Shown here piece by piece: positions 25,117-36,959 of a stretch of 64,000 nucleotides of DNA (within the stretch, counting starts at the first letter, position 1; every line of letters begins with the position of its first letter). The stretch lies in contig CM060731.1 of NCBI GenBank assembly GCA_030704615.1, positions 27,714,001 to 27,778,000 of the forward strand. Direction: 5' to 3'. This DNA is from Takakia lepidozioides (lineage: Eukaryota; Plantae; Bryophyta). A program made the translations under genes and the position numbers. Below the pieces are notes generated by a model, which saw nothing but the letters and a program-made list of their open reading frames with translations, had not been told where the DNA came from and ran no database searches.

Positions 25117-27125
25117 TGATAAGAGATGAGAAATGAGAGAAGTAGAAGACAATGAAAGCTCTCAAAGCATAAAGCAATCACATGAAGAACAAGCCCTAGT
25201 CCTTCCAAGTGAAATCCACTCTATCACATAAACTAAGTCAAGTCAAGGGCACCTTTGCTAAAGGAATCCACCCTACAAAGCCCTCAACACACTCCCTCTC
25301 AATACCTAGAGCTATGGAGGTGAGAGAAGCTCATGGAGGCTCAACTACAAGAAGATGAGCCTCCTCAACACTCACAAAGGGAAAACCTATCTCCATGTCT
25401 CAAGTGAGGCTTGACACCTCACTTGGCATGTGAGACCAAATGAAGTCCCAACACACAAAATATAAATATAAATATCTAAAATGTCCTAGTTAACTAGAAG
25501 TAGGTAATTCTAGATAACCATGACATGTCGAATAGCCACTTTTTGGTCTGGGGGCAGGGTGGGGGAGGGGGGAGATGTATCTATTTGCATTTGGCTTGAA
25601 GGCGGATAGAGGCGGCCTTACCCTTTGTCAACCTGTCCAAGGCAGTTGCTGTAAACTGGAATTTGTAGGGGGAGTGGATAATTAGACCAAAGGTACCGGT
25701 ATGATTTCACTATCTCAATTTTCTGATTGTTGAGGATGAACCTGCAGTCGGCCTGGGCATTGAAAACCATGATCTTGGTTTTGGTACAATTGTCTTGCAG
25801 CCCATAGTTTTTGGAGAACTGTTCCAGGATGTAGAGATGGCGTTGCAGGAAACAGGAGATTGTGCCAAAAGGGCAACATCATCAGCGTAAAAGAGATTTG
25901 ATTGTGTTGGTCCCCCATCCAATGGCACCCCAACCCCATGGTTTTTTTAGATGTAAACCTCCAAGGCGTCAATGTAGATCCCGAACAGGGTAGGTGAGAG
26001 GGGACAACCCTATTTGACCCCAATGTTGCTATGGACCTCTGCTAAGAATTCCCCCGCAATGGTGACCATGCCAGTGGCCATATCATACATAGAAGAGATG
26101 GCATATGGGATGTCCTGAGGGACTCCCACCCTATGAAGCCGTTGGAAAAGAAGGTCCCGAGGAACTGAATCAAAAGCCTTGTCGTGCGCATACATATCGC
26201 TACACAACTACATCGCTGTCCAAAACCACACAACACATGTGCACGCCACACACTAGTATACCACTAGTCCACCACTAGTCCAACCACTAGTCCAACCACT
26301 AGGCTACAACTAGTCAGTCACTATGCTGCCCACTATGGCAATCACTAGTCCACACAATGATAAAGAAGAAGAATACAAGCACGAGCTCACAAAGCTGAAG
26401 CATAAACTCATGCATATATAACCTCATCACTCAAATACAAGTCAAAGCCAAGTACACCCCATGCCATGGGGAATCCACACTATGGCGCCATAGCTAGGTG
26501 TGTTGAGGCTCAACTCGAGAAAGATGAGCCTCCCGCGCTTGCCGTGAAGATAACCACTTCAGGGCCTAAATCTGCCTTGATCTCTGGATTGACACTTGGG
26601 CCAATCCAAAATGTCAATATGTAAAAGCTAGTTATTTCCTAGCTAGTTTCACACTAGTGGTAAAATAACTTGACAGCTGTCGTGCGCATACATATCGCTA
26701 CACAACTACATTGCTGTCCAAAACCACACAACACATGTGCACGCCACACACTAGTATACCACCAGTCCACCATTAGTCTAGCCACTAGTCCAACCACTAG
26801 GCTACAATTAGTCAGTCACTAGGCTGCCACTATGCTGCCCACTATGGTAGTCACTAGTCCACACAATCGCCCCCCTAGCTGGTGCTTAGGTCCCTCTAAG
26901 TCCAGGTAGCTACAAGATGTGATAGTGACCATAGCCTCACTAAGTCCTCCACCACTGTCCCTACTACACTCAAACTCGATAGATCAAGAGGCCGGGTGCA
27001 AGAGTTGCCCCATCGTTAGTCGCCGTCTTGCAACCTGTGAACTTGAGCCTGGGATCTCGTGTATTGACTCCTATGAGCTTGGCCTCCCATGTCTTGTTAG
27101 CTGCCTCTAGTCATGTCCACTGCCA

Positions 27126-30100
27126 CTATCCCAAGCAGTGTAGACATAACCAATCTCCATCAGGAACCCTATCAAGAGGTGGTGTCAAACATCCCATGTG
27201 CCAACCTCTTGAGCATTGATCACACACCAGCATGGTGGCTGCCCCTTTGGCAGACCCACAGAGCATGCACCTCAAACCTGCAAGCACCACTGCCAAGTTT
27301 GGGTCGTCTCTGCCATTGACATTGGGAAGGTGACATGGAGCACAATTATGCACATGGTCCTTCCAAGTCATACTATCCCAACCCTCCAAGATCAGGACCC
27401 CTGAGGGCAACACCTCTCGAACCCTCAGAATAACACACCCTGCAGTAACATCTAGGGTCGTGGGAGCAGTCTGCTGCAAATAAATATAGTCACCAGGGCT
27501 AAACCTCCGAACCCCAGGACGATATCATCCACCACGTAAGGACTTGAGCAGTGTCCATACGAATGGCTGCAGACAAATCCGGCTTTCGGCCAAAGAGAAG
27601 GAAATATGGTGAGAAAGAGGCAAGTGATGCTTGTTTGCTGAACCTGTAGCCCATGGCTAACCAAAGAACCTGAAGATCCCAATCTCCTAGGTGTCCCTCA
27701 TGCAAGCCATACTTGCGCAAACCCCTCTTCACCGTCTGAACAACTCTATCTGCCAAGCCATCGGCCTCAGGATGATCCCGAAAAGTGGTGCGGTGGTCTA
27801 TCAAGGCTTTATCACACAAAGCCTGAAACTCCACCAAGAACTCTCTCCCTTGGTCCGTGAGTACCTCATCTGGAGCACCAAATCGGCTAAGCACACGATC
27901 CAAGAATGCATACGCAGGCCCCTCACTAGCCTTGTCAGGCAATGGAACCAACTCAATCCACTTGGAGAAGTATTCCACCATCACCAACACATATCTGTGG
28001 TGGCGCATAGTCAGTGGCAACGGTCCTACGAAGTCAAGACTCCACCTGTAGCCCAATCCCATGATTGGTAAATGATGCAACTGTGGTGTAGGGGAGTTGA
28101 ATGAAGCATGCACCCTATCACACACCATGCACCTAGCCATGAACTGTTGCACCTCTATATGCATACCACGCCACCAATACTGCCCCTGCAGTAAACTTTG
28201 AGTGCGTCGCACTCCAAAATGCCCCATTTCCTCATGAGCATGCCGCACTAACCGTGCACGCTGTGTGGGGTGAGGCACAATCCTCACTCGACCATCCTCC
28301 CATACTCGGAGCAGGTGTGTCCCCTCCCACTTGAACCTCTTGGCTCGTTGTAGGATCCGATCCCTCTCCTTGGCAGTCACAGTGGCTGCAGTGTCTCCAG
28401 TGCGGAGGTAGTCCAACACAACTGAATCCTCATGTATATCTTTGGCACCACCTTGCTCATTGATGGCCTCAGGGTCCTAAGACACTTGATCTACAGTCAT
28501 CCCTGTTGCAGGTCCAACCTGACCTCCCGATGCCAAGATACACAAAAATGCAGATGCCTGCCATCCCAGCACTATCTCCTCGTCCGTCTCACCATGCCAC
28601 CGAGCTCCAGTGTCGTTCTGCTGGCTCGTGCATGGATTGCGACTCAATCCATCCGCATCCCGATTGACCAAACCCGGTCGATGCACAACCTGAAAATCAT
28701 TTTCCTGGAATATGAGTGCCCACCGTGCAAGCTTCCCTGTAAGCTTGTCTGACTCCATCATCCACTTGAGTGGCTGGTGATCCGTGACAAGGGTGAAGAG
28801 ATTGACGTATAGATAGCACCTGAAGTATGCCACGGCCCACACTGCAGCTAAGCACTCTCCCTCATATGAGCTGTACTTAGCATCTACAGCGTTGTTCGAG
28901 CGGCTAGCATAAGCCACTACGAACTCTTTTCCCTCATCATCCACCTGTGTGAGCACCGCTCCAAGCCCCAGCATGCTCCAATCCGTATGCAGTTGAAAGG
29001 GACGCCCCCTGATAGGTCGTCTCAGGATAGGCGCCAAGGTCAACCTCGCCTTGAGCTCTTGAAAAGCTCGTTCCTGCTCATCTTCCCATTGCCACTCCTG
29101 GTCCACCTTGGTCAGCTTGGTTAGGGCCTTTGCAATGGCACTAAATCCCTTGACAAACCGTCTATAATAGTTTGCCATCCCCATGAAAGCTCGAACTCGG
29201 CTCACATCCGTGGGGCGTGGAATTTGTGCAATGGCCTCTACCTTAGTCTGTTGTACCCCCAATCCTCCAAGATATATCATGTGACCCAGATACTCAATCT
29301 GGTTGTGGAAAAACTTGCACTTCCCCGGATGTAACTTCAATCCGTGCGCTCTCAAGCGCTCAAACACCACCTGAAGGTGTCTCTCATGCTCCTCCACCGT
29401 AGCACTAAATATGATGATGTCATCTATGTAGCACCGAGCAAAGTCCACCCCTGCTAGAATCCTATCCATGACTCTCTGAAACTCTGCCAGAGCGTTCTTA
29501 AGCCCAAATGGTAAGAGCCGCCACTGATATAGGCAATCCTTCCCGTGCTCATTGATCCCCCAGAATGTCGTCTTCTGCTTGTCCGCCTCCTTGATCGGCA
29601 ACTGGTGATATCCGGATCGTAAATCCAAAGTGCTAAAGACGTTAGCATGCTCGATGACATCAAAGATCTCCTCTAGTGTTGGCATGGCATACTATCGGAC
29701 TTGGTCTGACGATTTACTGGTCGGTAATCACCGCACATATGTCTCTCCGTCCAATTGCCATAGACATCCTTCTTGGCCGACATCACTGTGGCTGAAGCAT
29801 ACTCTCCACCAGAGAGCTCCACCAAACGAGCCTCCCAGAGATCTTGAGTCCTCATCTGAATCAAGGACCTCTCTATGTCACTGTATCTATAGGGTCTCCA
29901 AAAGATTGGCGTGTCAGTGGCCAACTCAATACGAATCTCTTGACCCTTCAGTGCTCCCAAGTTCTTCAAACTGAAGGCAAAGCAATTCTTGTAAGCCCTC
30001 AGGAACCGCTGTATACGTCGTCTCTCTCCTCCGGTGACAATGGGTCCAATGTCAGGCTCCCAATTGTCCTCCGTAACTGCTATGTTGCAACCTCTTGAGG

Positions 30101-33100
30101 AGTACTCCCTGCCTACTCAGTCAATGACAAGGCCTCATCCTGCCCCATCATCTCATCCTCGAGGACTTCCTCAACCCGAGAAAAATCCCCAACCTCATCC
30201 ATCACTGCCGCCCTGGCTGCCAACTCCCTCTGAACCTCGAGCACCTCCCACGTGTGCCATGGATGTCTGCACCCCGTGGTCCTCTCATGCTCGCCCCCAC
30301 TCACTGCCTATACTGTCTCGGTAGGCAGAGAGACCATCGAGGGAAGTGTACTCCGCACTTTGCGTTGTTCAGCCATAGCCAAGCTGATAATCCAGGTCAA
30401 GGAATTGAGATCCATTGCTTGCCCCAACACCTGATGACGTGATGCCTCAGAAAGAGACGACACCGCCGTGGTACTAGTGATAAAACCCATTGCCCGCTTA
30501 TGCTCGTCAACATTAGGCTCCACTAACTGCTGCAACTGAGCATCCCATAGGAGGCCAGGTCCACTATCCCGGAAAGCATGCGATCCTGGGAAGCTGAGCA
30601 ATGTAGGTAATGCTGCTCGTGGTTGACCCACCTTGTTGACCACTGCCAAAGGGGAATGGTCATCGTGACTGCCTCCCTGTGTCCAAAATGCTATCCATTG
30701 TGAGGTATGCTGGCCGCTGCACCCCATCAAATGTACGCTTGAGCAGTGCGGGTGGCATCAAGTTAGTCCACCATAGCCGTGGACGATGAGCCCGTGATCC
30801 CACTGTAGCTGCATCTAACAACACTGCTGACCCAAGCCACAACCGGACTTGATGCACACTGGCCATCACCTTGGCCCGAGAATCGCCCATCAGTGGCACA
30901 TTCTCCAAGATGTATGCTGGAGATACAACTTGATGAAGCTGCAAGTGGCGCAAAACCCGTACCATCTCCCAAAACAGACCCGACCTCGAGTCTCGCAATC
31001 CATTGTCATGCCCGGCTGATGAATGCCCTTGGCAGGGCCAACTTGCCACTACTAGATCAATGGAGCCAACCCGCTCCAAATCCTGCACCCCCAGCAACGA
31101 AATGTCTACTGGCAAGGCCTGCTGATATCCACGAACTGCAAACACCGGCAACAACTTAGGGTACTGCTGCACCAACTGAGCAACATGGCGAAGTGAAACG
31201 TGTCGTGCAGTTTCATCCCTCTCCACATACAGGTAACGCCAAACTCGTACACCTGCCTATAACACAGCAGCCAATCCGGTGCTGATCCCGCCAAACAAGT
31301 CCAGAAGACAAATGCCTTCATCCAGATACTGCCACACAATAGGTGTGGTGTCCAATGGAGACAACTGAGGTGGTCCTGGTGCAATCCCCGCACTCTCCTC
31401 CTCTCCTGATGGTACAAAAGCCTCTACCCAGGCTTGTTGCACCCGTCGATCAACAACCTGTTGCAAATCCTTGCTCGTGCCCCACAATGGAGTCTGAGCA
31501 ATCATGGCAGGCAACTCCGCCATACCATGCATGTCATCCTGCTCTCCCGAAGGTGACACATCCTCTGAATGAGTGTTGCCCTCAAGCAACTCTCCAGGCC
31601 AACTCACTACAGCTGTGAATGCTGCTAGTATCGGCATCTTGCCTCGCTGGGCAACCGCAACTCCTCCTATGAATGTCACAGGGAGCTGCACACGCCGGCC
31701 CTCCCCTAACTGCCATCCCGGCCTACAGGAAGTTCACTCCTCCCAAAAATCTAGGGTGAATCTAGGGCCCATGGGGTACAACACTGCCCCACCAACCAGG
31801 ACATCATACGAGACCGCGTCTGTCACAATGGCCTTGGCTCGCATCACTGAGCCATCTGTAGGGTGATCCGGCCGTAGTCTGATAGCCAACTCACGCCGCG
31901 TCATGCCCCGATCCTCCCAGAGACGTCTGTATCTGGAAAGGACAAGGCTCCATATCCGCCTCCGTAAGGCCCAAGCCTGCAATAGCAGCTCTGCCCAGTA
32001 TCAATGGCTGAGCTCCCGAGTCCAACAAGACCCGCAATGGCCGGTACCTCTTGCCTGCCGGTCCAGTCAAACAGAAAATGTTATCTTGGTTGTCTAACAT
32101 GACAACTCCAGGTGTCACCATGGCGCGCTCAATGGCTGGCCTAGCTGGCAGCTCCATCAACCTGGCAGCTGCAGCTTGCCATGGCACCGCCGTGGCAGTC
32201 TTCACCCTCAAATCCGAGGATCCCTCCGGCACAACACCTCCCACTATCTCCGCAGAAGATGAAGTAACCTCCCCACTCTCACAGAGTGTAGCTGCTAGCC
32301 TGAAACCTCATCTGGTCTTATCCCTAGCGTTGCAATCATGGTAGCCGAGAACCATGGAGCTTGGCACACAGATGTGGCCACTCCCAGCAGCACACTAGTT
32401 GCCGTAGTCTGGGCAACACTAGGTAGTGGTGCTACCCATGTAGCTCTCCCCAATGGCATAGTAACCTCCGCCTCGGAAACAGTCGGGCAAGAACTAGGTG
32501 CCATGGATGGCGTCGACACTATCTCCGCCAATGTGAATGACTGAGAAAGCCTAGCCTGACGGCTTGCCTCCCCACGCTGTGGATCCAACTCCACCTCTGC
32601 ACCTCGTGGCTCAGGAACTCGTGCTGCTCCTCGGGTCACGGCTGCAGCAGACTCCACCTGCACTAGTGGTAAGTGCTGCTCCGCACATGAATCCCATGCC
32701 TCCCATATCTCCTCCCTCAGGAGCAGGAGGTGGACCATCCGGCCTTGGAGCCGGTACCACCTGAGCTGTAGCCATGGCAGCAAGCCTCTGTTCTAGCTGC
32801 TGAAGCCGGTTGGCCATGCCTTGGTCAACACCCTGACCTCCGCGTCCTTGGCCATGTTGAGCTTGCCCTTGGCCTGCACCTCGTGCCTGGCCACCTCGTC
32901 CTCGCTGGGCTGCTCCACCTCGCCCCCGGCCACCATTGTTCCCTTGGAACTGGCCTGGGCGCAACTCAGGATGCAAACCATAACACTAGGCCTCTCCATG
33001 CCCGTGCTTGCCACAATGCCCACATTGCAACTGTGCAGGCTGTGCATATGCCGACCCTTTACCTCCCTCTGGGCAATCCTTCTTGACATGGGGTCCTCCA

Positions 33101-34071
33101 CATGTCCAACACACCACCTCCGCCTGTTGTTGGCCTGCAAATGAAGGGAGAGACCCCTGCATCTGAGGTCCTCTCTGTCCTTCCCTGGGCTTCACTTGGA
33201 CCCCCTTATTGCCTTGAGCACGTTGAGGTAGTGGTTGGCTAGGAGCACCACTACCCTGTGGTGTCTCCTTAGCAAATCCCACCATGACCACTCGTTCCTC
33301 CACCATGTTGAGCTCTATCCGCTCTGCCAGCAAAAACACATTTGCTAAAGTGGGTTGGGCCGCTTGTAGGAGAGTTGCATCCCGCACCCTTCTCCTCAGC
33401 TCCTTGTCCAATATCCCATACCAGAATTGGACTGCCTGAGCTTCTGTAACCCCTTGGGTTACATTTATCAAGCGCCTCATGCGAGTGAAAGCCTCCCTCA
33501 AGCTCTCAGTAGGCTTTCGTTGGAACTCTTGCAAGCTCCGCAACTTCTCTGTCCTCACCCCTTGGTAGTTCCCTCTCAACTCTTCGAAGAACTCCACAAC
33601 ATGGTTGAAGGCAGGCACGGGTACTGGTGCTGGTGCGGTAGTGGCTTGGGTGGACGTTGTAGCTACGGTACCACTAGTCCCACCAGTCCCACTAGTGCTT
33701 GCTGAAGCTGCCGGTGCAGCGGCAGGTGTAGCCACTACCCTCGTGGCTCTAGTGCCCCTAGTGATGGAGACATAGTCGGGTGACCAGTACATCCTCCACT
33801 CCTCGATCTCAACCTCATGCCCCCGCCTGAACTCATGGTAATCATCCATAGGCAGCCCCTCAAGGTGCTGAAACAACCCCTTCCATGCCATGAAAGACGT
33901 AAATAGTTGTGGATTGCGCATTTGCTGCAAATCACACCAACTATCAAACTCTTGAATAAAATCATCGAACTCGATGGTACCCACCGCCCCAGAGTACCTT
34001 CGTGGCCCCTTGGTAGCTCCATACATCTCCTCCATTGTGTCCCACAACAATGGCAAGGAAACAACTTGCAC
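27126..34071 (-). pseudogene. Disrupted gag-pol of copy 2 (Gag, PR, C5-MTase ~31320-30380, RT, RNase H, IN, PHD)
   Basis: Same motifs as copy 1 (LLDSGA; LDLFGGI, WPCQG, ENV, AHRPRLWWTNL; YIDD; TDQGREF; PHD). Contains frameshifts, stops and a deletion in the IN C-terminal region near 27535. Confidence 0.9.
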
Positions 34072-34929
34072 CGCCGGTGCGAGTCATCCTGATTCACAAT
34101 CCGAATCAGAACCTTCCGTAAAAGACACAGGAGGTGAAGGTGGCCTAAACCGCACACCTCGTCTCGTGTACCCACTAGTGCTCGAACCGGCACTGTCCCC
34201 AACAACTAGTGGCACCTCCGTGTTGACAAATTGTCACTCAACCGGTCATGAACATGTCTCTAACCCCCTCTACACAAGGTAATCGGATAGAGAACTTGTT
34301 GCGGCTTATGGTTTGGAATACTAGGTTCCTAACATAGCCTACACCTGCACCTGCATCCACTGCAAGCACTCCTATGGTTGGCTAGTCATCACCTCCAACC
34401 TCACCATAGGAGAAACAATGATGGTCTGACTGGTCATCACCCCAGCCTCACCATCGACAGCATGCTCTAGGACTGGCCAGTGATCAAATCCGGACCAATC
34501 ACCTATAAAAACAAGCGCCCACACAAAATTAACATGGTGCACAGTCAAGCATGCAGGTATGGAGGGGATCCAAACACAAGAAATCAGAACGACAACTCCC
34601 CCACACCAAAAACAACTCCACGGTGTTGCTCCTGCAAGGACACCCCAGCCCAAACCCGGATTGACTCTTGCCTCCACCTACGGAAAGGTCTTGGCCTAAT
34701 GAGAGGGTGGAAAATTACGAGGAAGAGAAGCTAAAGCAATGCCTAACCCTAGCATGCCCTCATCCCAACACTCTTTTTCTCCTCTCTTCCCTCACTTGCA
34801 TGACCATGGAAATATCATGAAGATACTCCTCAAACCGCCCTCCACGAGCTTCAAAATTTGGCCTTCAAGACCGCATGCTAGTCCTCAGGCAGTCCATCAG
34901 TGCCTCCACGAGTTAGCATAGGCCGTCCA

Positions 34930-35520
34930 CATGTCAACACGGGCCACCACAGACCAGCACAGGCCCACACAGATCACTGGTCACAGCCGTCACAACCCCA
35001 CACAGGCCACAGACCACAAGTCACAGCCTGTCACAGCCCCTCACAGCCCCCAAGGCCACAGGTCACAGCCCATCACAACCCCAAAGGCCACATGGCACAG
35101 CCTGTCACAACCCCTCACGGCCCCAAAGGCCACATGTCATAGCCTGTCACAGTCCATCACAGGCCACAGGCCACAGGTCACAGCCCCAAAGGCCATAGGC
35201 ACAGCCTGTCACAGTCCGTCACAGCCCCACGGGCCACAGGTCACAGCCTGTCACAGTCCCTCACAGCCCCAAAGGCCACAGGCACAGCCTGTCACGGCCC
35301 TACACAGGTCACAGGGGTCACAGCCCCAAAGGCCACAAGCATAGCCTATCACAGCCCTATATAGGTCACAGCCTGTCACAGCCCTACACAGGTCACAGGG
35401 GTCACAACCCCAAAGGCCACAGCCCGTCACAACCCATCACAACCTGTCACAGCCCGTCACAGCCCCACAGGCCACAGGGCACAGCCTGTCACAGCACATC
35501 ACAGCCCCATCCATGGCCAC
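34930..35520. repeat. Degenerate CA-rich minisatellite (cacagcctgtcacagccccaaaggc-like) in the leader of copy 2
   Basis: Many repeats of cacagcc / tgtcacag / ccccaaaggc. It explains the spurious repetitive ORF 34931-35344. Confidence 0.85.
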
Positions 35521-36943
35521 TCATGACAGTTTAGCCATTTCTCCAAGGGGTTTAGCCACGCCAAGCTAGGGTTTGTGTCTCTTGGACTCTAGGCTTCTTT
35601 GCACCGAGCTATGGCGGCTGTGAGGAAATCAGCAAGATATTCTTGCTCTTTGTGGCCCCCACACACCACCAATAGTAGCTCTAATTCCAAAGGAAAATGT
35701 TTACAACCGAAACTAAGTGCACAAGCTTCCTTTTAACTCACAAAACAGCGCCATTTATCCCTATGGCGACTAACCAAACATGGCTGACTTCCAGCCCTTG
35801 TAGGCACTTATTCATGCACTCTCCTTGGCCATAGAATATGTCTTAGAGCCTATTCCAGCCCCCTACACCTACCACTTCAAGAGCCATGCTCTATCTAGGC
35901 TTGTAGTTGAAACCCCCAACTCAGAACACGCTCTACAAGTGTCGGACTGTCACATAAGAGCAGATCAGCCCCTTACCTTCTCTTCTAGCTCTCCAAAGCT
36001 TAAAGATGGAGGCCTAACTAGGTTGAATGCATGCTCCACACATGCCCTACAGGGAAACCAACTCCTTCATTCCTTTCTTGCACTCCCAGACCTGAAAATG
36101 CAAGCCTTCAACGGGCTGAAAGCATGCTCCACACATGCGTTGCCCTCACATAAGAGAAGTCAGCCCTTCCCTCTTCCTTGCTTGCCCTCCAAGCTTGAAG
36201 ATGGAAGCTTCAATGGGCTGCATGCATGCTCCACATATGCATCCTCTTCACACAAGAGGTAATATCAGCCCCCTATCTTGGCTCCTTGGCTCCTTGATGC
36301 TCTCTAAGACAAGACTAAGCACTCCATAGCCTTTGCCAAGCTCCTGAAACCCTAAGGCTTACATTTCCAGCCACAAGACACTCCTCTTTGTGGTGCAAGA
36401 GCTCTTCTTCCAAGCTCTGAAACCCTAGGTGCACATTCCATGGCCTTGCCGCACCTCTTAGCTCCTGTTCCAACCCTGCTTTTGCCATGACAAGAGCCCT
36501 TTCAATGCTGAAGCTCAAGATTGAAACCCAATCTCAACATACTCCACAAAGTGCACTGATTTGCCCCAAGCCAAATCAGCCCTTTTGCTTGGTCTTGCAA
36601 TCCTTCACACAATGAAAGCTCGCATTCCCAAGTCCAGTTCTCAGCTTTGCCACCAAAGCCACTATAACCTGCTCTTGACTGGTCTTCTTCCCAATCGTGC
36701 TTGCTCATACATGTACACAATTTGAAACCATCAAGGTGCTCTGGAATTACCTGCAGCATGGTGCTTTCATCTCTGAAGCTGAAGATCGAATGCCAAGGTC
36801 TACCACCTCGTAACCCACATTGCCTCCGCTTCTAACAACCAAGGGCTCCACAATGCTCCTTGCATAACAACCTGGTTTCTCTCATCCTCAAGCAAAAACC
36901 ACAAGTGCTACAACTAACTCGTATCTGGCACTCACAGATACGA

Positions 36944-36959
36944 GCTCATCTTTCTCGAG
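36944..36959 (-). promoter_or_regulatory. Putative self-priming primer-binding site of copy 2
   Basis: Element-strand CTCGAGAAAGATGAGC abuts the LTR-B end and is complementary to the element-strand sequence of 37115-37130 inside B. An adjacent 10-bp stem CTCGTATCTG/CAGATACGAG lies at 36918-36944. Confidence 0.78.

Larger units (their letters stand above)
14518..25525 (-). mobile_element. Ty3/gypsy-type retrotransposon copy 1 (family 1), 11,008 bp, with split/permuted LTR, DNMT domain and PHD-integrase; 4-bp TSD TGTC
   Basis: TSD tgtc at 14514-14517 and 25526-25529. Repeats: A 14518-14584, B 14585-15006, gc, A' 15009-15094, PPT 15095-15108, second B 25117-25525. Domain order is Gag-PR-MTase-RT-RH-IN-PHD, i.e. 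the gypsy RT-RH-IN order. Confidence 0.93.

Noticed and set aside
14518-25525. Classification as a DIRS/Ngaro/PAT tyrosine-recombinase element because of split repeats and an MTase
   Set aside because: It has a protease, a DDE integrase with HHCC finger, a PPT and 4-bp TSDs. No YR ORF is visible, and the MTase is C5-type rather than the adenine-MTase-like domain of DIRS.
26180-26866. A-B-A block as an accidental solo-LTR, tandem insertion or assembly artefact
   Set aside because: The same junctions recur in three copies from two families, and TSDs flank the permuted ends exactly in both complete copies.
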